From NCBI GenBank assembly GCA_965213925.1, contig OZ243927.1:3360001-3424000 (forward strand): a stretch of DNA of 64,000 bases, given 5' to 3'. The DNA comes from Trueperaceae bacterium. GTDB lineage: Bacteria > Deinococcota > Deinococci > Deinococcales > Trueperaceae. The position numbers were made by a program, and so were the translations under genes. The notes beneath the pieces are model-generated. The model saw only the letters and a program-made list of their open reading frames with translations, did not search any database and was not told where the DNA came from. How positions within the stretch are numbered: the first letter of the stretch is position 1; the number at the start of each line of letters is the position of its first letter. Below, in pieces: positions 29,301 through 39,741 of this stretch.

Positions 29301-30047
29301 TCAGGTAGCCCGCGTAGGCCAGGCGGCGCGGTCCACGACGACGGTGACGTTTCTGTTCTGCAGATAGGACGCGGGCAGCTCGGGGGTCACCGGTCCTTGC
29401 AAGGCGCGCCGCAGCACCTCGCGCTTGTGCCCGCCCGAGACGAGGAGAAGCGTCCTTCTCGCGCCTAGCAGCGTGGACATGCCGCAGGTCAGGGCGAGGC
29501 GCGGGACCTCGCCCTCCCAGTAGGCCGCGTTGCTGCGCAGGCTCGCCTCGGACAGCGTAACTTGACGGGTCGGGGCGTCGGCGGCGGAGGGAGGCTCGTT
29601 GAACCCTAAGTGACCGTTCGGCCCGAGACCCAGAACCGCGAGGTCCACCCCGCCGCACCCTGTTACCTCGTGGTCATAGATACGGCAGGCGGCCTCTGTG
29701 TCCTCGGCGTCGCCGCGCAGCCGTACGACCTGGGTGACGCCGAGCGGCTCCACGAAGACCTTCCTCATCCAGCCGTAGAGCGAGCGTGGGTCGTCCTCGC
29801 TCACCCCAACGTATTCGTCGAGCTGGAGGGCGGTGAGGTGGCGCGTCTCCAGACCTGTCCCGCGCCGCCAGGCGAGCTTCTCGTACGTCCGCAGGGGCGT
29901 GTTGCCCGTCGCAACCAGAACGCTTAGCGTGGGCTTCTCGCGGATAGCGGCGGCGATGAGGTCTGCGGCCCGTTCGCTCATCGCCTCGAGGTCGTCCTCG
30001 ACGAACAGGTTCAGGTTCGGTGCGCTGGGCACTCCCTCGGACGTCAC
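29301..30047 (-). CDS. nagB: Glucosamine-6-phosphate deaminase
   Basis: ATGNTP, LDEYVG, LGLGPNGHLGFNEP and PASYL; GTG start overlaps the upstream TGA (GTGA). Confidence 0.85.
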   Translation of the reverse strand: MTSEGVPSAPNLNLFVEDDLEAMSERAADLIAAAIREKPTLSVLVATGNTPLRTYEKLAWRRGTGLETRHLTALQLDEYVGVSEDDPRSLYGWMRKVFVEPLGVTQVVRLRGDAEDTEAACRIYDHEVTGCGGVDLAVLGLGPNGHLGFNEPPSAADAPTRQVTLSEASLRSNAAYWEGEVPRLALTCGMSTLLGARRTLLLVSGGHKREVLRRALQGPVTPELPASYLQNRNVTVVVDRAAWPTRAT

Positions 30048-31342
30048 GCTAAGTACCTCTCGGGGAGCCACGCGCGTTGCGCGTGGGCCATCTCGTCGTA
30101 GAGCCGTTCGGCTAGGGGCAGCGAGAGTACCAGCGGGTGGCTCGTGAGAGCCCGCACCGCTTCCCGACGTGCGCCTCCCCACGCCGCGTCCGCCGCGAGC
30201 CGCTGGTACTCGCCGAGAGAGGTGACGAGGCCCCGCACGTGTCCCGGCAGGCGGCCCGAGGCGAGCGGCGTCGCGCCCTGACGGTTCACCACGGCGGGCA
30301 CCTCCACCACCAGGTCGTCTGGGAAGTCGGGGAGCGCGCCCCGGTTGGGCACGTTCAGCGTCCAGACCTCCTCCAGTTCGTTAAAGACCGCATTCATCAC
30401 GTCGAAAGCTAGCTCGAGTTCGAAGATGCCGCCCCTCGAGCGCGCCGGGTCGAGCTTAGGCGAAGGCGCGTGGCGTTGCTCGCGGTAGTGCTGCCAGTAG
30501 CCCTCTGCCGCCGCCATGATGTCTTGCGCCCGCGTCCTCGGCTTCGCCTGAAGCTCGCGCAGCACCTCGTCCTTGAAGTAGTAGTACTGAAAATAGGCTG
30601 CGGGCACGCGCCCCATCACCGAGGCGAGGTGGAGCATCCGCTTAGCGTGAGGCTCCACCTTCGGGTCGTTTCGCTTGCGTTTGTAAGCGTCCCGGACGAG
30701 CGGTATGAGGTCGCCGCCGTCGTAGCGGTGCCGCACGCTCCAGCAGGCGTGGTTGAGACCTATCATAACGGTATCGAGCTTGCCCGGCTCCAGGTCTGCC
30801 GCCGCCGCCAGCTCCTGCGGGAAGACGATGGGACCTTCGCACAGCGAGATGGTCTGGATGGGGCTGTGCCGCGTCACCGCGTCCGCGACGACGTTCACGG
30901 GGTTCGTGTAGTTGAGCAAGAGCGCGTCCGGGCAGACCTCTTCCATCTCCCTCACGAGGTCTTTAATGACCGCCAGCGCCCGCAGCGCCATGAAGAGCCC
31001 GCCGGGTCCCTGAGTCTCCTGCCCGATGACGCCGTGCTTTAGGGGGATCGACTCGTCTAAATGTCGCGCCTCAAAGCCGCCGGGTCTAAAGGAGGAGAGC
31101 ACCGCGTCGCAGTCCGTTAGAGCCGCTCTGCGCTCGGTCGTGCAGCTCACGGAGAGGTCCAGCCCCTGCGCCTCAGCCATGCGGCGCGTGAGCGCTGCGA
31201 CCAGCTCCAAACGTTCCTCGTCCAGGTCCACGAGCACGACCTCCGACCCGGAGAAGCGCTCCCCCTGCTCGATAAACGCCGCCATCGTCCCCGGTGCGCG
31301 GGTGCTGCCGCCGCCGATGTAAGCCCATTTAATGCGTGCGAT
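30044..31342 (-). CDS. GH4 NAD-dependent 6-phospho-glycosidase; apparent start codon is ATC
   Basis: YIGGGSTR Rossmann motif lies upstream of the first ATG; GQETQGPGG, NYTNP, LCE and GLNH. Confidence 0.85.
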   Translation of the reverse strand: MARIKWAYIGGGSTRAPGTMAAFIEQGERFSGSEVVLVDLDEERLELVAALTRRMAEAQGLDLSVSCTTERRAALTDCDAVLSSFRPGGFEARHLDESIPLKHGVIGQETQGPGGLFMALRALAVIKDLVREMEEVCPDALLLNYTNPVNVVADAVTRHSPIQTISLCEGPIVFPQELAAAADLEPGKLDTVMIGLNHACWSVRHRYDGGDLIPLVRDAYKRKRNDPKVEPHAKRMLHLASVMGRVPAAYFQYYYFKDEVLRELQAKPRTRAQDIMAAAEGYWQHYREQRHAPSPKLDPARSRGGIFELELAFDVMNAVFNELEEVWTLNVPNRGALPDFPDDLVVEVPAVVNRQGATPLASGRLPGHVRGLVTSLGEYQRLAADAAWGGARREAVRALTSHPLVLSLPLAERLYDEMAHAQRAWLPERYLA

Positions 31343-31529
31343 AAGTGCCTCCCGATGTGGCTAACTTGCGCCTGATGCCATAACCTCATCCAATTTTACC
31401 TCTTCGGGCTCGAGAGAAAAGGTTGGTCATTAGGTATGGCGTCACACCTTGCTCTACCCAACACCTTGCTGTACCCAGCGCGAAATCTACCCAGCAACGT
31501 CTTGTAGAATAGATCATCAAGTTGTCCCT

Positions 31530-32318
31530 CTAAGCGAGCACCTCGAGCCTGTCCCCCACCCGCACCGCGCCCGGCGCACGCGGCGCGAGGTGAATCCCGA
31601 AGGTGACGCCAGCAGGCGAGCGGCGCAAGTGGGCGAGGGTCGCTAAGGTCTCCTTACTGTACGCACCCGAGCGCTGGTCGAGGTTGACCATCACGCAGCG
31701 CACACAGGGCTCTAACACGTCCAAGATCACATCGCCGAGTTTCACCACGCGCCAGCCATCCTCAGCGTAGGGTATGTCACCTTCCACCACCAGGTTAGGC
31801 CGGAAACGCTCGGCTCCTACAGGTATCTCCAGGTATCCGTTGAGGTGCGCCAAGGACGCCGTGGTGACGAGGTGCAGCGGGTTGCCGTCGGTCAGCGCGA
31901 GCGGGACGTCCGAAGCCGCGCCGGAGGGAAGCAGCTTGGGGCGCGCCGTTCCCACGGGCATCCCGGCGAGCCGGTAGGGTGCGCCGAACCGCTCGGCCAG
32001 CCAGCCGCCGTCGTCAACTTGAACAGCGGGGCAGGGTTGACCGAACACCGTGACGGAAACCTCCGGACCGTCAATCTCTAAAGGTAGCTCGAGCCGCTCT
32101 TCACCCAATCGTAGTTGCAACGTGTCACCCAACACGACGTTCAGCCCCGCCAACCTCGGGCACTGCCGCTGCGTGACGACCTCGCCGCTTGGGTCGATGA
32201 TCGCCCAGTTCCGGTCGAAGCGCAGACCACACGGCGTGAGGTCTGCGTCGCGCAAAGAGATACCGGACGCGGACTTAACCGGATAGCAGTTGAGGCTCTG
32301 TAAGTAATCGTTAGACAT
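31530..32318 (-). CDS. MOSC-domain protein (YcbX/mARC-like)
   Basis: YPVKS, DRNW, RFRPNLVV, ED.W, CVRC. Confidence 0.88.
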   Translation of the reverse strand: MSNDYLQSLNCYPVKSASGISLRDADLTPCGLRFDRNWAIIDPSGEVVTQRQCPRLAGLNVVLGDTLQLRLGEERLELPLEIDGPEVSVTVFGQPCPAVQVDDGGWLAERFGAPYRLAGMPVGTARPKLLPSGAASDVPLALTDGNPLHLVTTASLAHLNGYLEIPVGAERFRPNLVVEGDIPYAEDGWRVVKLGDVILDVLEPCVRCVMVNLDQRSGAYSKETLATLAHLRRSPAGVTFGIHLAPRAPGAVRVGDRLEVLA

Positions 32319-32584
32319 GACGCTCCCTTGCCCCGAGAAAACCTTATTAGCGGTGCACTTCTAGATATCTGTATTCCGACATTTAGTGTAGCACCGAGTA
32401 CAATCTAAGTCTACTTTAGAGCGCTGAGGCACACCCCTATCCGCCGAATGTGATAGAATTCACCCGTAGACAACAGTTCAGAACGCACGGGGTAAGGGGG
32501 TCATCGGTTGGCACGATCTATAGGCATCGAACGTACAAGCGTCAGCTTAGTGAGCGGGGGTTCGGCTGGTCGCGGTGATACGGG

Positions 32585-33664
32585 ATGAGCGCGATACGAC
32601 TCGAGGGGGTCTCTAAACACTTCGGGGCGGAGGTGGCCCTAGAGCCGCTCGACTTGACCTTCCCCGAGGGCCAGTTCACCGTGCTCTTGGGACCGTCGGG
32701 CTGCGGCAAGACCACCACGCTGCGCATCTTAGCGGGGCTCGAGACGCCCACCGAGGGCCGGGTCTTCTTCGGGAACAAGGACGTGACCTTCGAAGAGCCC
32801 AGGGCGCGCAACGTGGCGATGGCGTTCCAGGACTACGCCCTGTACCCACATATGAGCGTCCACCGCAACATCGCCCTCAACCTGCGCGTAGGCGGGCTGG
32901 GTAAAGCCGAGGCGGACGAGCGCGTGCGGGGCGTGGCGGAGCGCTTGGGCATCACCGAACACCTGGACAAGCGTCCCGGTCAGCTCTCGGGCGGGCAGCA
33001 GCAGCGCGTCGCCCTAGGCCGCGCCATCGTGCGCGAGCCGCACCTCTTCCTGATGGACGAGCCTTTAAGCAACCTCGACGCCGTTTTGCGCGCCAGCATG
33101 AGAGCCGAACTCAAGAAGCTCCAGGCGACCTTGGGCGTCACCGCCGTCTACGTCACCCACGACCAGGCTGAGGCGATGGTCATGGCGGACCAGATCGTGG
33201 TGATGCAGCGGGGCCGCGTGGTGCAGCGCGGCACGCCGCGCGAGGTCTATGACCATCCGGCCACGCTCTTCGTCGCCCGCTTCGTCGGCAACCCGCCCAT
33301 GAACCTCGTTGACGGCGAGCTGCTCGGCTACGGCGCGGATGAGATGGTGGGCGTCCGCCCGGAGTACGTGAAGCTCGTCCCTGAGGGTGCGCCGGACACA
33401 GCGGGGCGGGCGCTCGAGGGTCGCGTCTCCTTCGTCGAGGACGCAGGCGGCTTAGGCTTCGCCGAACTGACCCTGCCGAACGAACAGGTCGTCACCGTCC
33501 AACTCGACCCGCGCGAGCTGCCCCGGATGGGCGAGACGCGCGCCTTGGAACTGCCCGAACCCCACTGCGTCCGCTTCGACCGCGAGACGGGGCGCGCCCT
33601 GTCCGACTCCGCTGATCCAAGCGCAACAAAATCCCACGTCCAAGCTCACCCTCTGGAGGTTTAA
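32585..33664 (+). CDS. Sugar ABC transporter ATP-binding subunit (MalK/MsmX-like)
   Basis: GPSGCGKT, LSGGQQQR, MDEPLSNLD. Confidence 0.93.
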   Translation: MSAIRLEGVSKHFGAEVALEPLDLTFPEGQFTVLLGPSGCGKTTTLRILAGLETPTEGRVFFGNKDVTFEEPRARNVAMAFQDYALYPHMSVHRNIALNLRVGGLGKAEADERVRGVAERLGITEHLDKRPGQLSGGQQQRVALGRAIVREPHLFLMDEPLSNLDAVLRASMRAELKKLQATLGVTAVYVTHDQAEAMVMADQIVVMQRGRVVQRGTPREVYDHPATLFVARFVGNPPMNLVDGELLGYGADEMVGVRPEYVKLVPEGAPDTAGRALEGRVSFVEDAGGLGFAELTLPNEQVVTVQLDPRELPRMGETRALELPEPHCVRFDRETGRALSDSADPSATKSHVQAHPLEV

Positions 33665-33665
33665 T

Positions 33666-34943
33666 ATGGCACGTCTTCTCTTCGCCCTTTTCGCCCTGCT
33701 CCTCAACCCAGCCTTCGCCCAAACCAACCTCACCTGGTGGACCACCTGGAGCGCCGAGGCGGACACCCAAGCCTGGGGCGACGCCCTCGTCGAGGCGTTC
33801 GAGGCGGAGCACCCGGACGTCACCGTCGAGCGCGTCGACTACGCCGGGGACGACCTCAAAGTCGCCATCCAAGCGGCGCTCGCGGCGGGCGCGCCGCCCG
33901 ACGTGTGGCACTCCTGGGGTGGCGGCGTTTTGGGCTCATTCGTGCAAGAAGGGGTCGTCTACGACATGAGCGAGCTGTTGGGCAACCTCCAGTCGGACGG
34001 GCTCGTCGGCGACGGCGTGCTCTCGGCGGCGACGTTTGACGGCACGCCCTACTGCTTGCCCTACGAGGTCTTCGCCGCGCCCATGTTCGTCAACGCCGAT
34101 CTGTTCGAGCAGGTCGGCTTAGAGATCCCCGACCCTATGCAGGGCGAGACCTGGACCTGGGAGGAGTTCATGAGCGCCGTGCAGACCTTTGAAGAGGCGG
34201 GCGTCCAGCCCCTCACCGTAGGCGGACAAGGCAACTGGCAGCTCTCCTTTTACTACATGTACCTCGTCGACCGCTTCGGCGGCTCGGACGCTTTCGCGGA
34301 GGCGCTGAGCCGCGAGGGCTCCTTTACCGCCCCCGCCTTTGTGCAAGCAGGCGAGTACGCGCAAGACCTCGTCGAGATGGACGCTTTCCAGCGCGGCTTC
34401 CTGGGCGCGGACTACGACGTGGGACAGCGCCCCTTCTTCACGGGTGAGGCAGCGATGTACGTGATGGGCTCCTGGATGGTCGGCGGGCTGCGCGAGTTCG
34501 CGCCCGACTTCAACCTGGCGTTCATCAACTTCCCCACCCTTCCAGACGGCGAGGGCGACCCCGGCGTGATGGTCGGCGCGACGCAGACCTACTACTGCGT
34601 CTCCGAAGCGTCGCAGCAGAAGGAGGCGGCTTTAGATTTGGTACGCTTTTTAGCCCGCCCCGAGAACGTGCGCGGTTACGTCGAGGCGACGGGGCGTCTG
34701 GCTGCTCTGAACGTCGACGTGCCCGAAGGTACGTATGACCCTGTGGTGGTGGATTTGCTCGAGCGCATCAGCAGCGCGCCCTACTTGCAGATCGCCTACG
34801 ACCAGGGCGCGCCGCCACAACTCGCCACCGAGCACATCGAACTGATGGGGCAACTCTTCGCCGAGCGCATGACGCCCGAAGAGGTCGCCACGCGCCACGA
34901 GACCGTCGCCGAGCAGTTGGAGTCCTCGGGTGAACTGCCCTAG
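33666..34943 (+). CDS. Sugar ABC transporter substrate-binding protein
   Basis: Signal peptide; PPDV, WTWEEF and AAMYVMGSW (family 1 SBP). Confidence 0.88.
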   Translation: MARLLFALFALLLNPAFAQTNLTWWTTWSAEADTQAWGDALVEAFEAEHPDVTVERVDYAGDDLKVAIQAALAAGAPPDVWHSWGGGVLGSFVQEGVVYDMSELLGNLQSDGLVGDGVLSAATFDGTPYCLPYEVFAAPMFVNADLFEQVGLEIPDPMQGETWTWEEFMSAVQTFEEAGVQPLTVGGQGNWQLSFYYMYLVDRFGGSDAFAEALSREGSFTAPAFVQAGEYAQDLVEMDAFQRGFLGADYDVGQRPFFTGEAAMYVMGSWMVGGLREFAPDFNLAFINFPTLPDGEGDPGVMVGATQTYYCVSEASQQKEAALDLVRFLARPENVRGYVEATGRLAALNVDVPEGTYDPVVVDLLERISSAPYLQIAYDQGAPPQLATEHIELMGQLFAERMTPEEVATRHETVAEQLESSGELP

Positions 34944-34961
34944 ACCTAGCGGGCGGCGCGG

Positions 34962-35834
34962 ATGACGCGCCGCCCTAACGCATGGGCGTACGGGTTGTTG
35001 CTGCCCGCCTTGGCGGTGTTCGTGCTGTTCTATATCTGGCCCAACCTGGAGATTTTTTACCTGTCGTTCTTCAACTGGTCGGGCATCTCGCCGCAAAAGA
35101 CCTTTATCGGGCTCACCAACTACCGAGCGCTTTTAGATGATGACCTCTTCATGTTCTCGCTACGCAACACGGCGCTCATCGCGGCTGTGTCGGTATTCAT
35201 ACAGATTCCTATCGCCGTCGCCCTGGCGCTGGCGCTCGAGCGCCCCACCCGTACCAATAAGGCGCTCTCGGCGATCATCTTCTTGCCTATCGTCATCTCA
35301 CTCGCAGCCACCGCGCTCATCTGGACCTGGCTCTTAGACCCGTCGTTCGGCGCGGTCAACTGGGCGCTGGAAGCTGTAGGTTTGGACGCCTGGGCTAGGG
35401 CTTGGCTCGCCGAGCCGCAGACCGCCTTCCCGACGATTCTCTTTGTCACCAACTGGGTCTACATCGGGCTCTACATGGTGCTCTTCATCGCGGGGCTCAA
35501 GGCTATTCCGCGTAACCTCTACGACGCGGCGAAAGTGGACGGGCTCTCGAGGGTGCAGACCGCGCTGCAGGTCTCCGTGCCCCTCTTGCGCGAGGTCATC
35601 GTAGTCGCCCTGATCCTCGCCATCACGGGCTCGTTCAAGGCGTTCGACCTCATCTGGATCATGACGGGCGGCGGTCCCGCGAGCGCCACGGAGGTCGCGC
35701 CGACCGTGATCTACAAAACGGCGTTCCGACGCTTGCAGTCGGGCTACGCCGCCTCACAAGCGGTCGTCGTGTTCTTGGCCGCGCTCTCGCTCGTTTTAGT
35801 GCAGCTCCGTGTGACGCGGGCGAGGGAGGCGTAG
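34962..35834 (+). CDS. Carbohydrate ABC permease
   Basis: FIGLTNY; EAA-type loop YDAAKVDG. Confidence 0.9.
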   Translation: MTRRPNAWAYGLLLPALAVFVLFYIWPNLEIFYLSFFNWSGISPQKTFIGLTNYRALLDDDLFMFSLRNTALIAAVSVFIQIPIAVALALALERPTRTNKALSAIIFLPIVISLAATALIWTWLLDPSFGAVNWALEAVGLDAWARAWLAEPQTAFPTILFVTNWVYIGLYMVLFIAGLKAIPRNLYDAAKVDGLSRVQTALQVSVPLLREVIVVALILAITGSFKAFDLIWIMTGGGPASATEVAPTVIYKTAFRRLQSGYAASQAVVVFLAALSLVLVQLRVTRAREA

Positions 35835-36710
35835 GTGGCACGGACGCAAACACGGGCGGGGCATAGCGACGCCACCGTCAAAACGCAGCAGCGCGGACCG
35901 GGCTATTGGGTCTTGCGCGTCTCGCTCCTCGCGTACGCTTTCGCCGTTCTTTTCCCCCTCGCGTGGATAGCGATTACCGCCCTCAAGACCGAGGACCAAA
36001 TCTTCGAGGAGCCCCTGGCGCTGCCCGCCTCGCCCGCGTGGGGCAACTTCGTTCAAGCGTGGACCCAAGGCGGCTTGGGGCTTGCCTTCTGGAACTCGCT
36101 CTTCGTGACCGTCATCGCGGTGCTCATTGTCGCATTAGGTAGCGCGATGGCGGCGTATCCGCTCGCCCGCGCCTCCTTTCTAGGTCGCCCCGTGTTCTAC
36201 TACCTCTTTTTGTCGGGTACCTTTTTAGCGCCCATCACCGCCATCGTGCCGCTCCTCAAGCTCCTGCGCAACTTGGGGCTCTACAACACGCCCTGGGCGC
36301 TCATCTTGCCGAACGCCGCCTTTGGGTTGCCTATTTCCATCTTCCTGATGCGCTCGTACTACCTCTCGCTGCCGCGCTCTTTAGAGGACGCCGCGCGGGT
36401 GGACGGGCTCTCGCCCTGGCGCACCTTCTTCCAGGTGATCTTGCCGTTGGCGCGACCTGCGCTCTACACCGTCGTCATCTTGCAGACCATCTTCATCTGG
36501 AACGAGTACCTCTTCGCGCTCGTGTTCCTAAACGACCCGGCGACCTACACGCTGCCCCGTGCACTTGTCGCCTTTCAGGGGACGTACGTGACGCAGTACG
36601 GTCCGTTGGCGGCGGGCACGCTGCTGACCGCGCTGCCGACGGTCGTGCTCTATCTCGTGTTCAGCGACCGCGTGCGGCAGGCGATGGGGGTGAGTAGCGG
36701 AAAGGGGTAA
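35835..36710 (+). CDS. Carbohydrate ABC permease
   Basis: LEDAARVDG; WNEYLF. Confidence 0.9.
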   Translation: MARTQTRAGHSDATVKTQQRGPGYWVLRVSLLAYAFAVLFPLAWIAITALKTEDQIFEEPLALPASPAWGNFVQAWTQGGLGLAFWNSLFVTVIAVLIVALGSAMAAYPLARASFLGRPVFYYLFLSGTFLAPITAIVPLLKLLRNLGLYNTPWALILPNAAFGLPISIFLMRSYYLSLPRSLEDAARVDGLSPWRTFFQVILPLARPALYTVVILQTIFIWNEYLFALVFLNDPATYTLPRALVAFQGTYVTQYGPLAAGTLLTALPTVVLYLVFSDRVRQAMGVSSGKG

Positions 36711-37050
36711 AGGACCAGGCGTTCGTCCTCAGTCTAAACTGCCTTGTGGACAAGGGTTGTGCGCACTTCTTACGAAACCGAGCACGGAATCAACCCGACA
36801 GGAATTTATGCAGTAATCAATCGGAATCTGTATAAACCGTGCAATTCCGTATAAGGAGGCAGAAGCGAAAGCTAGCTAGCGCTGAAGAGAAAGCTGGACC
36901 TAACGGTATCTTAGGACCGAGCGCTTATACGAGAGATGCTCCGCAACTTTGAAGACGCTCCAACCTAATGAGTGCTGCGGCGCTGTCCCCCTCGCTCCTC
37001 TTCCGTATGCTCTTCCTGAGGCGTCAGCCTTAACTCAAGGGGGAGTAGCT

Positions 37051-37524
37051 ATGAACGAAGACAACCTTAAACAACTCTTAGCCGATGGACTGTTGGCCCT
37101 CGAAGCGGGCGGGCGCATCGCCGCCGAGTCAGCCGACGAGATCAAGGGCTCAGCGTCCGACGACGAGCTGAAGTCGCTGCTGGAGGAAGGCAACGAAAAG
37201 TCTAAAGAGTGGAGAGCGCGCGTGAACCGGGCGATGGAGGAAGTGGGCGCGAGCGGCGAGGGCGAGAACCCGATCATGAGGGCGCACTACGACGTCTCGA
37301 AGCAGATTCGCGAAGCCGCGCCGGACGACCAGGTACGCGACCTGGGCATCATCACCTCGGGGCAGCTGGTGTTGCACTACTGGATCGCGGCGTTCGGCAC
37401 GATGGCGGCGTACGCGAAGCAGATTGGGCTGGAGACGACGAAGCAGGAGCTGGGAAGCTCTATGGAGGAGGCGAAGCAGGCGGACGAGGCGCACACGCAG
37501 CTCGCCGAGCGCATCATGAGCTAG
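37051..37524 (+). CDS. Ferritin-like DUF892 (YciE/YciF) stress protein
   Basis: RDLGII..Q...HYWIAAFGT...EEAKQADE; GGGGGAG RBS before the ATG at 37051. Confidence 0.75.
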   Translation: MNEDNLKQLLADGLLALEAGGRIAAESADEIKGSASDDELKSLLEEGNEKSKEWRARVNRAMEEVGASGEGENPIMRAHYDVSKQIREAAPDDQVRDLGIITSGQLVLHYWIAAFGTMAAYAKQIGLETTKQELGSSMEEAKQADEAHTQLAERIMS

Positions 37525-37544
37525 TTCATAAAATTCGATATGAA

Positions 37545-37579
37545 GAGGGGGGCTGCTCGTAGTAGCTCCCTTTCTTTTT
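37545..37579 (+). terminator. Intrinsic terminator
   Basis: GGGGGCTGCT-CGT-AGTAGCTCCC stem followed by a T-run. Confidence 0.55.
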
Positions 37580-37643
37580 GGTATTAGATTCTACCCGTAT
37601 CCGAGCTTCTCCCGAAATAGACACGCATATCGCCGCGCAACCC

Positions 37644-37958
37644 TCAAGCGTCTTTGGCTTTACCACGTCTCTGCGCCTGCTGCTCCTCGCTGTAGAGGAA
37701 ACCCTCGAAGAGGTCGTCGAGCCAGGGCGTAAGTACGAGGTTCAGCAGCGGTACTAAGATGAGCGTCTCCAGAAAGAGCTTGAACCACAGCACCAAGCTG
37801 CCGTCGGGCTTGACTAGCGGCTAGGAGGGTGAGAAGAGGTTTTGGCTGAGCAGTGTGAGGCCATAGGAGATAACAAGCAGCGGCGGGAATAGCCCTAGCC
37901 ACTTGACTAGCATGAGCCGCCAGGTCGGGGGTGAGGGTCCTTCTTTAGGGTCGCTCAT
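37644..37958 (-). pseudogene. Small two-TM protein with one in-frame TAG (not in the ORF track)
   Basis: MSDPKEGPSPPTWRLMLVKWLGLFPPLL...FSPS*PLVK...LETLILVPLLNLVLTPWLDDLFEGFLY; stop at 37821-23. Confidence 0.55.
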
Positions 37959-38069
37959 GAGGTGAGCCAAACACTGGGTAGTGCTGCGTGCGGTGAAGGG
38001 ATCATCGGTGGCTATTATGCCGCTTTCAAAGCATAGTGACCGTGAAGCTGCGCATAAATAGCCTGAGTT

Positions 38070-38783
38070 TCACCCCCCGAAGCGCTCCCTCAACTGCTCG
38101 CTCGCGCTTCGGGCAAGCGGCTCACCGTGACCAAACACGGCCACTTCCACCTCGAGCTGGGCCAACTTCTTCAGGCTGCGCTCGCCCTCCTCAAGGTCCT
38201 CGAAAATGGGCGGGTTGCCCAGCCCGCGCTGCCAAGGGAAGGCCCGGTAGGTGGCCGCATCCGCTGCCACGAGCACACCGCCGTGCTGGGACCACACGAG
38301 CGCGATCTGCCCTGCGCAGTGGCCGGGGATGTGGAGCACCCTTAACCCCCCAGCGAAGGGTAAGATGTCGCCCTCCTCGACGTGGTGGTCCACCTCGACA
38401 GGGCTGATTTCCGGCGGAGACGCTAAGCGCATCGCTGTGTAGAGCAGCCGGTTCATAATGCCGGGTGCAGGTCGCACCTCACGCATGGCTCGCCCCTCCC
38501 TTACAAGTTCTGCGTCGGCGGGGTGCATCCAGACGGGTGCGCCTGTCGCCCCCTTGAGCGCTGCTAAGCTGCCGGTGTGGTCGGCGTGGCAGTGAGTCAC
38601 GATGATAGCAGCGACCTCTTCGGGTCTGCGCCCGAGCTCGCGGATAGCGCCGAGAACCTTGTCCTCGCTACCCGGGGTGCCCGTGTCGATCAGGACGAGG
38701 GTCTTGTCCGCAATGAGGTAAGCGTTGACCACCCCGAGCGGCAACCGGTAAAGCCCAGGGACGACCTCTTGAGCTTTAGCCAC
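38070..38783 (-). CDS. MBL-fold metallo-hydrolase
   Basis: THCHADHTG, PGHCAG, ADA, FGHG. Confidence 0.9.
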   Translation of the reverse strand: MAKAQEVVPGLYRLPLGVVNAYLIADKTLVLIDTGTPGSEDKVLGAIRELGRRPEEVAAIIVTHCHADHTGSLAALKGATGAPVWMHPADAELVREGRAMREVRPAPGIMNRLLYTAMRLASPPEISPVEVDHHVEEGDILPFAGGLRVLHIPGHCAGQIALVWSQHGGVLVAADAATYRAFPWQRGLGNPPIFEDLEEGERSLKKLAQLEVEVAVFGHGEPLARSASEQLRERFGG

Positions 38784-38846
38784 TGTTTACGTCGATGACT
38801 GGATGAACATTAAGAAGGTTATGCAAAACTACTCGTTTCACCCTCC

Positions 38847-39617
38847 TCATACGCCTTGACCGACGTTGACCGACTGCCCGCCGTCGATGGTGAAGGTCTG
38901 CCCAGTGGCGAAGTCGGTCTCTTCGGATGCTAAGTAGAGCGCTAAGGCTGCCGCCTCCCAAAGCTCCGCCGCACGCTCCCAGGGGATGTTCTGGGTGCTC
39001 TTCTTGCGGGTCTCCTCGTCTTCCAAAGCCGCCTGGTTAAAAGGCGTCAGCACCATGCCCGGCGCGAGGTTGTTGACGTTGATCTTGTGCGGCGCGAGCT
39101 CCTGTGCCAGCACCCGCGTGAGGTTGCGCAGGCCGCCTTTCGAGGCGTCGTAGGCCGCGCCGCCCGGCGTCGGCAGCTCCTGGTGCACCGAGGTGAGGTT
39201 GATGATCTTGCCCCCACCCCCTGCCGCTTTACGCAAGCGTATGAAGTGCTGGCAGCAGTAGAAGGGGTCGTAGAGGTTCGTCTTCAAAACCTTGCCCCAG
39301 TCTTCCAGGGGCAGCTCGGCCACGGGACCGTCCGCCGACGCGCCCGCGTTATTCATGAGCACGTAGGGCGTACCCAGCTCCCCTGCCCGCTCGAAGAAGT
39401 GCGCCACCTGTTCGGGGTCGCGCACGTTGCTCTGGACAACGACGGCGCGCTGGCCTGCCTCCTCCACCTGGCGCTTCGTCTCCTTGGCCCCTTCTTGATC
39501 TTCCAGATAATCGGTAGCGACGTCCGCGCCCTCGCATGCGAACGCTATAGCGGTAGCCCGCCCTATCCCTGAATCCGAGCCGGTGATGACGGCAACTTTG
39601 CCCTCTAGCTTACCCAT
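38847..39617 (-). CDS. SDR, glucose 1-dehydrogenase-like
   Basis: TGSDSGIG, NNAG, SVHQ, YDASKGG. Confidence 0.88.
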   Translation of the reverse strand: MGKLEGKVAVITGSDSGIGRATAIAFACEGADVATDYLEDQEGAKETKRQVEEAGQRAVVVQSNVRDPEQVAHFFERAGELGTPYVLMNNAGASADGPVAELPLEDWGKVLKTNLYDPFYCCQHFIRLRKAAGGGGKIINLTSVHQELPTPGGAAYDASKGGLRNLTRVLAQELAPHKINVNNLAPGMVLTPFNQAALEDEETRKKSTQNIPWERAAELWEAAALALYLASEETDFATGQTFTIDGGQSVNVGQGV

Positions 39618-39707
39618 AAGTTTCCCCTCCGGTTATGCAGATAAGAGGAGCTTACGAAGCACTCTGCCTTGTCGCTAGAGGGTGTCCTACAGTTCAACGA
39701 CAACTTC

Positions 39708-39741
39708 AGTGTGCGGCGAACGCGCGCGTTAGCCGCACTAC
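39708..39741. repeat. 34-bp dyad site S1
   Basis: AGTGTGC GGCG AAC GCGCGC GTT AGCC GCACTAC. Confidence 0.75.
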
